Below, in pieces: positions 1 to 9,667 of a DNA stretch of 59,732 bases. The notes under the pieces were generated by a model. It ran no database searches. It had not been told where the DNA came from and was given only the letters and a program-made list of their open reading frames with translations. A program made the position numbers and the translations under genes. Position 1 is the first letter of the stretch. Each line of letters opens with the position of its first letter. The DNA comes from Octopus sinensis (taxonomy: Eukaryota), in assembly GCF_006345805.1 (NCBI RefSeq), contig NW_021832980.1:1-59732 (forward strand), written 5' to 3'.

Positions 1-92
1 TTATATACTTTACACACAGTTTGTACTATTCACTAACAAAATAGTGCCAAGAGTGGGGATGCACGTATACATATAGATATGAATGTGTAACA
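1..92 (-). repeat. 3' LTR (partial) of Gypsy element 1
   Basis: Matches the last 92 nt of 3073-3281 with one mismatch (catatagat vs cacatagat); ends ...tgtaaca next to the PPT. Confidence 0.93.
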
Positions 93-103
93 TCCCTTCT
101 TCT
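93..103 (-). promoter_or_regulatory. Polypurine tract
   Basis: Minus strand reads agaagaaggga immediately before the TG of the 3' LTR. Confidence 0.8.
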
Positions 104-278
104 TGAAAAAAATAAAGGGGTCTTCTGGCAGTGAAGACAATTATGAATAGTCTCCCTTACTCTATGGATTGTGAGCCTGAGGTGGCAATCCTACAGCAGA
201 AATCGTGAGATTATTCTGCCTCTGCTTTGTAGTCTAATTGAATTAGTTACTTATCTTTTCATTTTCTTTTTTTTTTCT

Positions 279-2948
279 TTAACAGTATCGAACTGATGGC
301 AGAATGTTCTTTCTCCATCTGGTGGATCTTGTGCTTCGCACCGGTATCTGAGGTGTGTTGTTGGGCTGCTGATAGGTGGTTGGTGCTCGTTGGGGTGATG
401 ATTCTGTGGGTGTTGTCACTGATACAGCAGGTGTTGTACACGTTTTCCTCGACAGCTTTGGTGTTGGGCGGATGTGGGTCCTGTTGTGTCTCAGCTGCCC
501 ACCAGATTCCGTTTCTGTTATATATGATCTTGGAGTTTCAGCTCTACTGACAACCTGTGCTGGGATCCATGTTTTAGTTATGGGATCTTGAGTATGCACA
601 TATTGTCCTCCAAGTATCTCAGGTAAATATTGTGCATGTTTGTTGTAATACCTCTGTGGTTGTTCTTGAGTGGCTGCTAGCTTTGCCCTTGTTTCTTCCT
701 GGTCAATAGGAGGTTGGATCTTAGTTGGCAGGGTAGTTTTGTACTTCCTGCCATTCAGCAATTCTGCTGGGGATTTCATGTCAGCTCTCAGTGGTGTCGC
801 TCATAGGGACAGAAGTGCCAGGTGTGGGTCTTCCTTAGTCTCTTGGCATTTGACTAGTGTTCTCTTCACTGTCTGCACCTGTCTTTCTATAAACCCATGA
901 CCTTTGGGGTAGTGTGGAGATGTGGTTGTGATATTGAACCCATACTCATCGGCTAGCTTTTTGAATTCTTGCGATGTGAACTAGGTTCCATTGTCACATA
1001 TAATCTGTTCTGGTATTCCTTGCTCTGCAAGAAGTCTCCGAGTCACTGTAGTGATTGTTTTGGCTGTCAGGTCTTTCACTTTTCTCACAAATGGAAATTT
1101 GGAGTAGTAGCAGGCCATTATCAAATATCATTCTTAGCCCTCTGTGAACAGATCTACTCCAATAGTTTGCCATGGCCTTCTTGGGATGTCACTAGATATC
1201 ATTTCCTCCTTTTGTTGTGAGTTTCTGTACTTTTGACAGATGTGGCATGTAGAAACTGTCTTTTCTATGTCTTTGTACATGCCTACCCAATATACTGCTG
1301 ACTTGGCTCGGAGCTTGCATTTCTCCATTCCTCGATGCCCTTGGTGGATCTTGTCAAGAATCTCCTTTTGCATTGACTTGGGTATAATGATTCGGGATCC
1401 AGCCATCCGGATTCCATTCTCCACTGATATATCATCATGGATGGCCCAATATTCACGAATTAGGGGCTGCACCTGATGTCTCTTTTCTGGCCACCCCTGA
1501 ATCACCATCTGAGTAAGGAGCTGAAGTTCTTCATCTTTGCTGGTCTCCTCTTTGATTTCCGCTAGCTTTGTGGTTGTCACATTTACAATGTGGTGGACCT
1601 TTATGCTTAGTCCTTCCATCTCCTGTTTGTTTGTGATTGGTGGTCGGTCTTTGATAGGCATATCACTGTCAATCCTGCTTGGAGCTGCTTTCACTTCACC
1701 ATTGACCGACACAATATTTAACCTCCTGCAGGTATCGAGTCCAAGAATTGCTGGCTCTTCTGTTCTTGTGACATAAAAAGAACACTTAATTATTTTTCCT
1801 TTGTGTGTCCCTGTGATAGTTGTTTTACCCAGTTGTGGAATCCTGGTTCCTCCTTACGAAGTGAGGATTACATCACTTGGTGTGAGGATTCCTTCTTTGA
1901 CTTTATCCTCTTCGGTCATGTGTTCTGGGAACATCTTTTTGACAGGTAAGATATTACTCTGGGCTCCAGTGTCAATCTTTAGCCTTAAGTCTATGTTTAT
2001 TTGTTTCCTGCCAGACTTCTTTTGTATTCTTATTGTCGTGTATGCCTCATCTTCTTTCTTCCGGTCGTCCTTTCCCATCTCATGCACATTTATTGTGCCG
2101 ACTGCCAAGAATTCCTCCTCTGAGGTGTTTTGTTCCTGTTGTTGTGCATGTATATCTCTTCTTCTATTTCCACTCCTCTTTGAAAATTGGGTCTTGTATT
2201 TCTGGGATTTTGTTAACCTACACATATTTTCCCAGTGGTTAAGTTTTCCACATGCTTTGCAGTGTGTACCGAATGCAGGACATTTCTTTCGGTTATTGAA
2301 TTCATGCTCCATACCACAGTACTGGCATGTTCTTTGTTTGCAGGTATGTGTCCTGTGCCTAGATACAATATCTACACTGCTGCCTAGTGAGCTTGTTTGT
2401 AAGCTAAGTGAGGCCATTTGTTTGGTAGTAGCTTCGAATGCTCTTGCAGTGTCTACTGCTTCTATCAACTGGAGAGCGTCCTTACCTATGAGGGATTTCT
2501 GAACTTCCTTATGAGCACACCCCCATATTAATTGATCAACGATTCTTTCGTCCTTATCTTTGAATTTGCATTTTTCGGCAACATTCTTTAGTCTGGACAG
2601 GAAATTGTCAATCGTTTCTTGTGGGTCTTGTTTCAGGCCCCGTAATTCATATCTGGGAATTCTATGGTTCGATCTGGGCTCTAGGTGCCTTTCAAATTTC
2701 TCCAAAAGTGTGTCTGGGTTATTGCAGTCCGATTCTGACATATCCCAGCTATTGAATAGGTCTATTCCTTTATTGCCTGACCATAAAAGGATATAGCTTA
2801 CCTTCTCATCGTCAGTTGTGCCTTTCAGGAAACTTTTGAAAGCTAGTTGAGTTTTCTGTTTGAATTTTTTAAATGCTTCTACGACATCAACAGAATCCCA
2901 ATTCATAATCAGATGTAGATTCATCTGTACGGCGACGGGGGTCGCCAT
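279..2948 (-). pseudogene. Gag (CCHC knuckles) - aspartic protease - integrase polyprotein with in-frame loss of RT/RNase H and five nonsense codons
   Basis: ORFs 1854-2948, 1134-1712 and 279-779 share one frame. Motifs: CQYCGMEH...CKACGKLNHWENMC, LKIDTGAQSNILP, HQGHRGMEKCK...CHIC, WQTIGVDLF, IICDNGT*F, GHGFIERQVQTVK, SPAELLNGRK. No YxDD motif. Confidence 0.9.
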
Positions 2949-3059
2949 CTTGGATCGTCGTGTATGTTGTCCGAAGACGAAGCGATGTTTTGTTTGTTAA
3001 ATTCCTCGTTCGTTGTGTTTCTGTTTTGTTGTAAAGGCACAGTTTCCGATTAATTATTT

Positions 3060-3072
3060 ACCGCTGCCACCA
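3060..3072 (-). promoter_or_regulatory. Primer binding site, tRNA-Leu type
   Basis: Minus strand TGGTGGCAGCGGT directly after the 5' LTR; complementary to the ...ACCGCTGCCACCA 3' end of metazoan tRNA-Leu(AAG/TAG) as recalled. Confidence 0.8.
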
Positions 3073-3281
3073 TGTTATGTGTAGTTTGGGTTCTAATGGG
3101 ATAGACAACCAGATGAAAGCCATTGTTATTGTTAACGTGTTTATTTACTATTCATGTTACACGGACTCGACATTCAGCGTAGTGATACATTATATACTTT
3201 ACACACAGTTTGTACTATTCACTAACAAAATAGTGCCAAGAGTGGGGATGCACGTATACACATAGATATGAATGTGTAACA
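3073..3281 (-). repeat. 5' LTR of Gypsy element 1 (209 bp, TG...CA)
   Basis: tgttatgtg...tgtaaca termini; adjacent PBS; repeated at window start. Confidence 0.93.
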
Positions 3282-4089
3282 GACACTATTTGTTTATCAT
3301 ACGCACCTACATATATGTCTGTGTGTGTACACATACACACACACACTCACACAGCATTTCATACACTTGCGTTAAAAATAATATTTAACAGAGTGAGATG
3401 AATATCATCCCAGTAGCAACTTGCAGGAATACCAGTCACATCGTGTCCTTCTTGGAGCTTGTTGGTCATGACATGAACCCTGTAGTTATGTGCCTAGATG
3501 AAATCTACCATTTCTGATTTATAGTGAAGAGGGAATAATACATCCACTGATATTATGGTAAGCTTGCTGGGATAAACTCTGTGTATGCAATTGAAACAGC
3601 ATTAAATTATAAATACCATATTTAGGATATATACATTATCTACAGGCATGATGCTGTGTTTTTTTATCAAAGCAAACATCATTTTGACATGTTGAATGAA
3701 AGGTGTGCATGCATGTATGTGCAACCACATACATTACAGAAACACAGACTTGTACACAATTTTAATGTCTATTTCATTTTGCCTGTTTGGATGGGTGAAT
3801 CATTTCCTGCACAACATCACCAATCAATGTAGTCTTTTGTCAACTCTTCCATGAGATGCAACAACTTCAGATTTCCCTTTGTGTGTGTAAGATGCAGTTA
3901 AGACTGTGTGGTTAAGAAGTTTCTTGTGCAACCATATGGTTTCAGGTGCAGTTCCACTGCATTATACAATATCATTCATTTGCAATCTTCTGTGAAGACA
4001 AGTCTGGCTATTTTACTGTTTGTGTTCAAAGGATTAATGGAAATAGTAATTGGCTCAGGAACAGATGAAAGTTGATTTTATGTGGCCCA

Positions 4090-4310
4090 TGCAAGCATGG
4101 CAAAGTAGACAATATATTAATAGAGATGATGATAGTGGGTGTGTGTGTGTGTTTGCTCAGTGGAATTTGGTGAACATTCGTGTTCCGGATTTGTTGTCTG
4201 CAGACGTGTGAGCATTCTGATAATGCATTCCCTATCTTGCCAATATATAGTGTCTTGCAATTAGAGCATTTAATGCAGATCAAATTTCTTCTTTTGCAGT
4301 TCATACCTGC
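4090..4310 (-). mobile_element. Penelope-like GIY-YIG endonuclease fragment
   Basis: NCKRRNLICIKCSNCKTLYIGKIGNAL...CRQQIRNTNVHQIPLSKH resembles the PLE GIY-YIG domain (CxxC before YIG). Confidence 0.6.
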
Positions 4311-5035
4311 ATTTGTGAAAATCTATCTTCAATCTGAAAACCTGAGCCATCTAAAAGGTATAAAAAGGAAGAAGTCAGTCATTTTACTACAGTTGTCAAG
4401 AACTCAACTGTCAATTAAATACATTTTGAAATCTAATGTTTACTACGAATGTATGAAAGCACTAATTGAACTAAATGAACATTACAAAATATTTTTTTTA
4501 ATGTTTAACACTCTTCAACATAGTAAAAATAAAAATAAAAAAATACAATAATAAAAAACATGAAAACCAGACCATGTTGAAACTTTAGTCAACTGATATA
4601 TATATATGCATGTGTGTTTCAACTCATCATAATTATGTCCATTTTCTATGCTGGCATGAACTGTATGGTTCAATACAATCTGACTGCTTGAAGGGCCACA
4701 TCTCGTTCTAGTGTCTCAAATTTCATTTGGTTTCTATGACTTCTGGAGTGTACTGGATGTACTGGTACTAGCATTATGGAGGCTGTTATGCCTTGGCAAG
4801 ACATTTTCAATCAGTGTATTGTCTCAGCTCAATTCACCAACCACTTTACAGTATATATATTTTTTCCTGGTACCAGCACTGGTAACATCTTGTAAGTTAC
4901 AAGGAGAAAGAGCTTCCACCATTGAAAGGTAGAATTGGAGAGAGAGTGACCTTAGGTTAGCTGGGAGAAGTTAGAGTACAATGTGAGGAACTGATTTATT
5001 GTTGTGAGAGTGTATATAAATATGTGTTTGTTTAT

Positions 5036-5068
<33 letters not shown>

Positions 5069-5374
5069 GAAGTTGAGAGAAAAGAAAAACTGTTTCAGTT
5101 ATTTGTGGCTTGGTTAAACATGTGGAGGGTGGATAATAATATTCTGAGTCATAGTGACTATTATGGTGATTTGGTGGAAATATTCTGTGACACAGTAAAG
5201 ACAATAGTTTTTGTACGTAACATGAGTAGTAGTGGTGTTAGTGGTGGTAGTAGTAGTAGCAGCAGGCACTGAGTATAATTTCTGCTGCTACCAAATCTTC
5301 ACCTATTTCCTTTTGAGTGGTGCAGTCTCCCACTGCTAGCTGTGACATTTCACTACAACACTCTGGCATGTGCA

Positions 5375-5378
<4 letters not shown>

Positions 5379-5454
<76 letters not shown>
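5379..5454. repeat. (CA)n(CT)n compound microsatellite
   Basis: Direct reading. Confidence 0.95.
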
Positions 5455-6499
5455 TAGGGCTTGGTAGAAACAATTGGGTCACAGTTACTAAAATTTCTTG
5501 TTATTTGATATGCATAAGAATCTAAAATTAAAGCATGAAATTATTTTCCTCTCTTTCTCTTTCTCTCCTTGTCTGAGTATGTCTTTATAAATAATGTGAG
5601 GTACAAGAGTACTCAGTATTCTGAGATAGACATGAATATTCAAGGTAATATCAGTGACATTATGACAAGTCTATGCTACCCAGGAAATAGAGCAATCACC
5701 AGGGGTGACAAAGATGCAGGGTGTGTGGGATAAAAGAAGTATGCTGGGAGACAAGGGGATATGGGGTGATGATAGACAATAGAGTAAGAGAAAGTGAAGG
5801 TAGAGTGCATTGGGTAGAAATAGCTCAATGTAGCTAGCTGCACATAGGCAATGAGATGTGCCAGAAGGATTAAGTGATAAGTGCAGTGACATAATAAATG
5901 GAAAATGGGTGCATCTTGTACCAGAGAATTGCATAAAAGAGTGATGGTGAGAGGGTTGGTATGAGTGTAGTGACATCTTGACTGGAAACAGTATTGTGTG
6001 AATGGAAGACGTCCATTGTGTTCCTCAGTCACATTGAAACATAATACAGTGAGAATTAAAAAGAGCAGGAAGTGATTGAGACTTGGTGAAGAAAAGCTGA
6101 GCAACAGAGTTAAGGGTTAGATAGTGCATTGTTTGGTAGAGAGAAGCATGGTCATCCTTAGTCATATGAACAGCATGGTGAAGTATGATTGATAAGAAGA
6201 GGGAGTAAGAGGAGGAATAATAGAGACATAAGTTGAGGGAGAAAGCGATAAAAGTTTAGGCGATAGTGGTATGGGCAGTTGAAGGATAAGAGATTGCGAT
6301 GTGTGATATGAGGGATGAGAAATTGAGGTGTGAGTGATATGGGTATTGGAGAGATGAGAGGCTGTCACAAAGGTCAGTGATATAGACTGGGCAGTAGGCA
6401 GACATTTATGCATGCATACATGCACATTGGTGCATACATACACCTATGTATGTATGAATGAACTCACTTATGCTATGCATACGTATGCCAATTTATATA

Positions 6500-7749
6500 T
6501 TAGGTTGTCAAGAAAGTTCTTGTGGAATTTTTAATTTTGATTTTAAATGATATATTTTCAAATTAATTTTCATTAAATTACTTCGACTTTATATATCATT
6601 TTAAAGCCCACTTGAATGATTAGGCCATTTTTTCCAGAATGTTGAATACAACATGGACAAAAAGCAAATTCACACAATTTTCTTATTCCAGTTCAAGCTA
6701 GGCCAAAAAGCTGCTGAAACAGCTCGCTATATCAATGATCTGTTTAGCCCAGGAACCACTAATGAATGTACAGCACAATGGTAATTCAAGAAATTTTGTA
6801 GTGCTGATGAGAGTCTTGAAGATGATAAGCATAGTCGTTGGCCATCGAATGTTGACAACGATCAACTAAGAGCCTTAGTCGAAGCCAATCCACACACAAC
6901 TGTTTGAGAGCTTGCTTCTGAATTAGATGTAACGAATACGACAATTTCCAACCACTTGAAAGAGATTGGAAAAACAAAAATACTTGAGAAATGGGTGCCA
7001 CGCAAATTGAGCAACAACCAAAAGGAAACGCTGTTTTGAAGTGTCGTCTTCCCTTTTACGCAACAAGAACGACTTGTTTCTTGACTGGATTGTGACTTGC
7101 AATAAAAAATTGATTCTTTACGACAACCAGCGATGCTCAGCTTGGAGGTTGGACGTCGATGAAGCTCCATGGCACTTCCCAAAGCCAAAGTTGCACCAAA
7201 AGAAGGTCATGGTGCCTGTTTGGTGGTCTGCGGCCAGTCTCATCCATCATGGCTTTTCGGATCAAGGCGAAACCATTACAGTGGAGAAGTATTGTCAGCA
7301 AATGGATGAAATGCATAAGAAACTTCGATAACAACAGCTAGCATTGGTCAATAAAAAAATGGACCAATTCTTCTCCATCACAACACTCGGCCGCACGTTG
7401 TACAAATGACCCTGCAGAAGTTGAACGAATTGGGCTACGAAACTCTGCCTCATCTGCCATACTCACCAGACCTCTCGCCTACCGACTACTACTTTTTCAA
7501 GCATCTCAACAACATCCTGCATGAGAAATGCTTCAAAAACCAAGACGATGCCAAACATGCCTTCAATGACTTCATCGCCACCAGAATGCAGGATTTTTAT
7601 GCTACTGGCATAAATAAATGTGTTTCGCATTGGTAAAAGTATGTTGATTCTGATGGTGTTTATTTCAATTAATAAAGTTTTGTGTGAGCCGAGATATGTA
7701 CATCTGGATTTAAAGGTTAAAAACCACAAGAACTTTCTTGACAACGTAA
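6500..7749 (+). mobile_element. Mariner transposon, cecropia/Hsmar1-like, full length (1250 bp), disabled
   Basis: TIRs ttaggttgtcaagaaagttcttgtgg / ccacaagaactttcttgacaacgtaa, TA on both sides, transposase remnants inside. Confidence 0.92.
6653..7671 (+). pseudogene. Mariner transposase pseudogene (stops and frameshifts)
   Basis: MDKKQIHTIFLFQFKLGQKAAETAR..., WVPRKL, HFPKPKLHQKKVMV, YSPDLSPTDYYFFKHL. Confidence 0.9.
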
Positions 7750-7759
7750 TATATTTTCT

Positions 7760-7806
<47 letters not shown>

Positions 7807-7850
7807 CTAGCAGAGATACCTGGCCTTGCTCGAGATTAAAATGACATAGA
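7807..7850 (-). mobile_element. Helitron-like 3' terminus fragment
   Basis: Minus strand ends ...cgagcaaggccaggtatctctgCTAG|t within a (TA)n tract. Confidence 0.45.
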
Positions 7851-7860
7851 TTTTTTATTG

Positions 7861-8143
7861 CTTTACTTGTTTCAGTCATGTGACTACAGCCATGCTGGAG
7901 CACCGCTGTTGGTCGATGAAATCAAGCACAGGATTTATTCTTTATAAGCCTAGTACTCATTTTGTCAGTGTCTTTTACCAAACTGCTAAGTTACAGGAAT
8001 GTAAACACAGCAACATCAGCAACACAGCAACATGGTGGGGGCACAAGCACAAGACACACACATACACATATATATGACAGTCTTCTTTCAGTTTCCTAGT
8101 ACGAAATCCACTCACAAGGTTTTGGTCGGCCTGAGGCTATAAT
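7861..8143 (-). mobile_element. tRNA-derived SINE, head truncated
   Basis: Collinear with the copy at 50443-50810 (cagccatgctggagcacc..., aatccactcacaagg...gaggctata). Confidence 0.75.
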
Positions 8144-8434
8144 AAGCATATAAATATATAATATATCATATATATATATATATATATATATATGCTTTCG
8201 GTGTGAATGGTTTTATTATATGGTGCCATATTTTACAATACCTTCATACGCGGATAGAAAAGCCTTCTTTTTCTGTCAAGTGCATATATGCCCCGTTATT
8301 AGACTATTTTCCTAAGTCATTGCACGGTGAACGCCATAAACTTTCAGCTAATATAAAAACACCATTATTATTATTTAGAGGATTGTAAAATGCAGTGTCA
8401 TATAACAAAACCATTTACACCAAAAGCATATATA

Positions 8435-9413
8435 TCTCGAGCTACTTGATGACAACACGGATCTCAGAAACATGCCCAGATAAGCGTTCTTCACTTTTTA
8501 ACCTGTCATTCATTCATATTTTAAGCGCTGATCGTAAACCTAATCCCGTTTCTCTACTATCTTTATCTATATCGCCATTGCCAACTCGGCTTCCTGTCTG
8601 TTCTGTTTTCAGGCCCCTTCGTGTTATTCCATTCCAAATGACTTCTTACAAGTACTATCTCGCCCCCTCTCATTTAAATTACGTTCTACTAATATTTCCA
8701 AAGTTTCTAGATGGTGTGTAATATTCAATACGATTTATATTCATTCTCGCCAGATGGTGTGTAATATTCCCTACGATTTATATTCATTCTCGCTGCTCCT
8801 TCATTTCAACCCCATATTTTAAGCGTTGGTCATAAACCAAATCCCGTTTCTCTATTATCTTATCGCCATTGTCAGCATGGCTTCCTGTCTTCTCGATTCC
8901 CCTCTCTGCTTTCAAGGCCACACCAGGATTCCTTACAAAGTACTATCCTCGCTACCTCTCATTTAAATTATGTTTTACTCACCCCCCACCCCACCCCAAT
9001 CCCTAACTCCTTATAAACCAGTGTACGATTTTATTTCGTCCCATTTCTCGAGCTACTTGATGACAACACGGATCTCAGAAACATGCCCAGATAAGCGTTC
9101 TTCACTTTTTAACCTGTCATTCATTCATATTTTAAGCGCTGATCGTAAACCTAATCCCGTTTCTCTACTATCTTTATCTATATCGCCATTGCCAACTCGG
9201 CTTCCTGTCTGTTCTGTTTTCAGGCCCCTTCGTATTATTCCATTCCAAATGACTTCTTACAAGTACTATCTCGCCCCCTCTCATTTAAATTACGTTCTAC
9301 TAATATTTCCAAAGTTTCTAGATGGTGTGTAATATTCAATACGATTTATATTCATTCTCGCCAGATGGTGTGTAATATTCCCTACGATTTATATTCATTC
9401 TCGCTGCTCCTTC
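8435..9413 (+). repeat. 368-bp direct repeat (8435-8802, 9046-9413) separated by a diverged 243-bp paralogous segment
   Basis: Offset 611; one mismatch seen (gtgtta/gtatta); each copy has an internal ~43-bp tandem duplication. Confidence 0.92.
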
Positions 9414-9667
9414 GAGGCGCCCGCCCTCCCACCCCCTCCACCAATAACCGGAAGTTTCTACCGCTGTCTTGACTCCCCCCTCCCGCGTATACATCCACGT
9501 CGGTTCTTTTTGATCATATGGAGCAAAAACGGTGAAACGTATGCAGCTGTATGGAAGTTTCTAACCCAGTCTTACTTACCACCCCCACCCCCATTCCCAT
9601 GTAGGGTTTATTTGATTATATAGCGCAAAAACTGAAATGTATGCAGGTTGAAGTCTAGTGTTTCAGT

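Larger units (their letters stand above)
1..3281 (-). mobile_element. Gypsy/Ty3-type LTR retrotransposon, internally deleted (no RT/RNase H); left end cut by window edge
   Basis: Two LTR copies (1-92 and 3073-3281), PBS, PPT and one gag-protease-integrase frame on the minus strand. Confidence 0.93.

Noticed and set aside
5650-6150. Possible decayed RTE fragment (gggtagaaatagc resembling GRNS)
   Set aside because: Similarity is too short to support a call.
8435-8802. Homology between this 368-bp unit and the 57-59.6 kb unit (shared cccagataag, tcaggcc)
   Set aside because: Only short words in a different order; no collinear alignment by eye.
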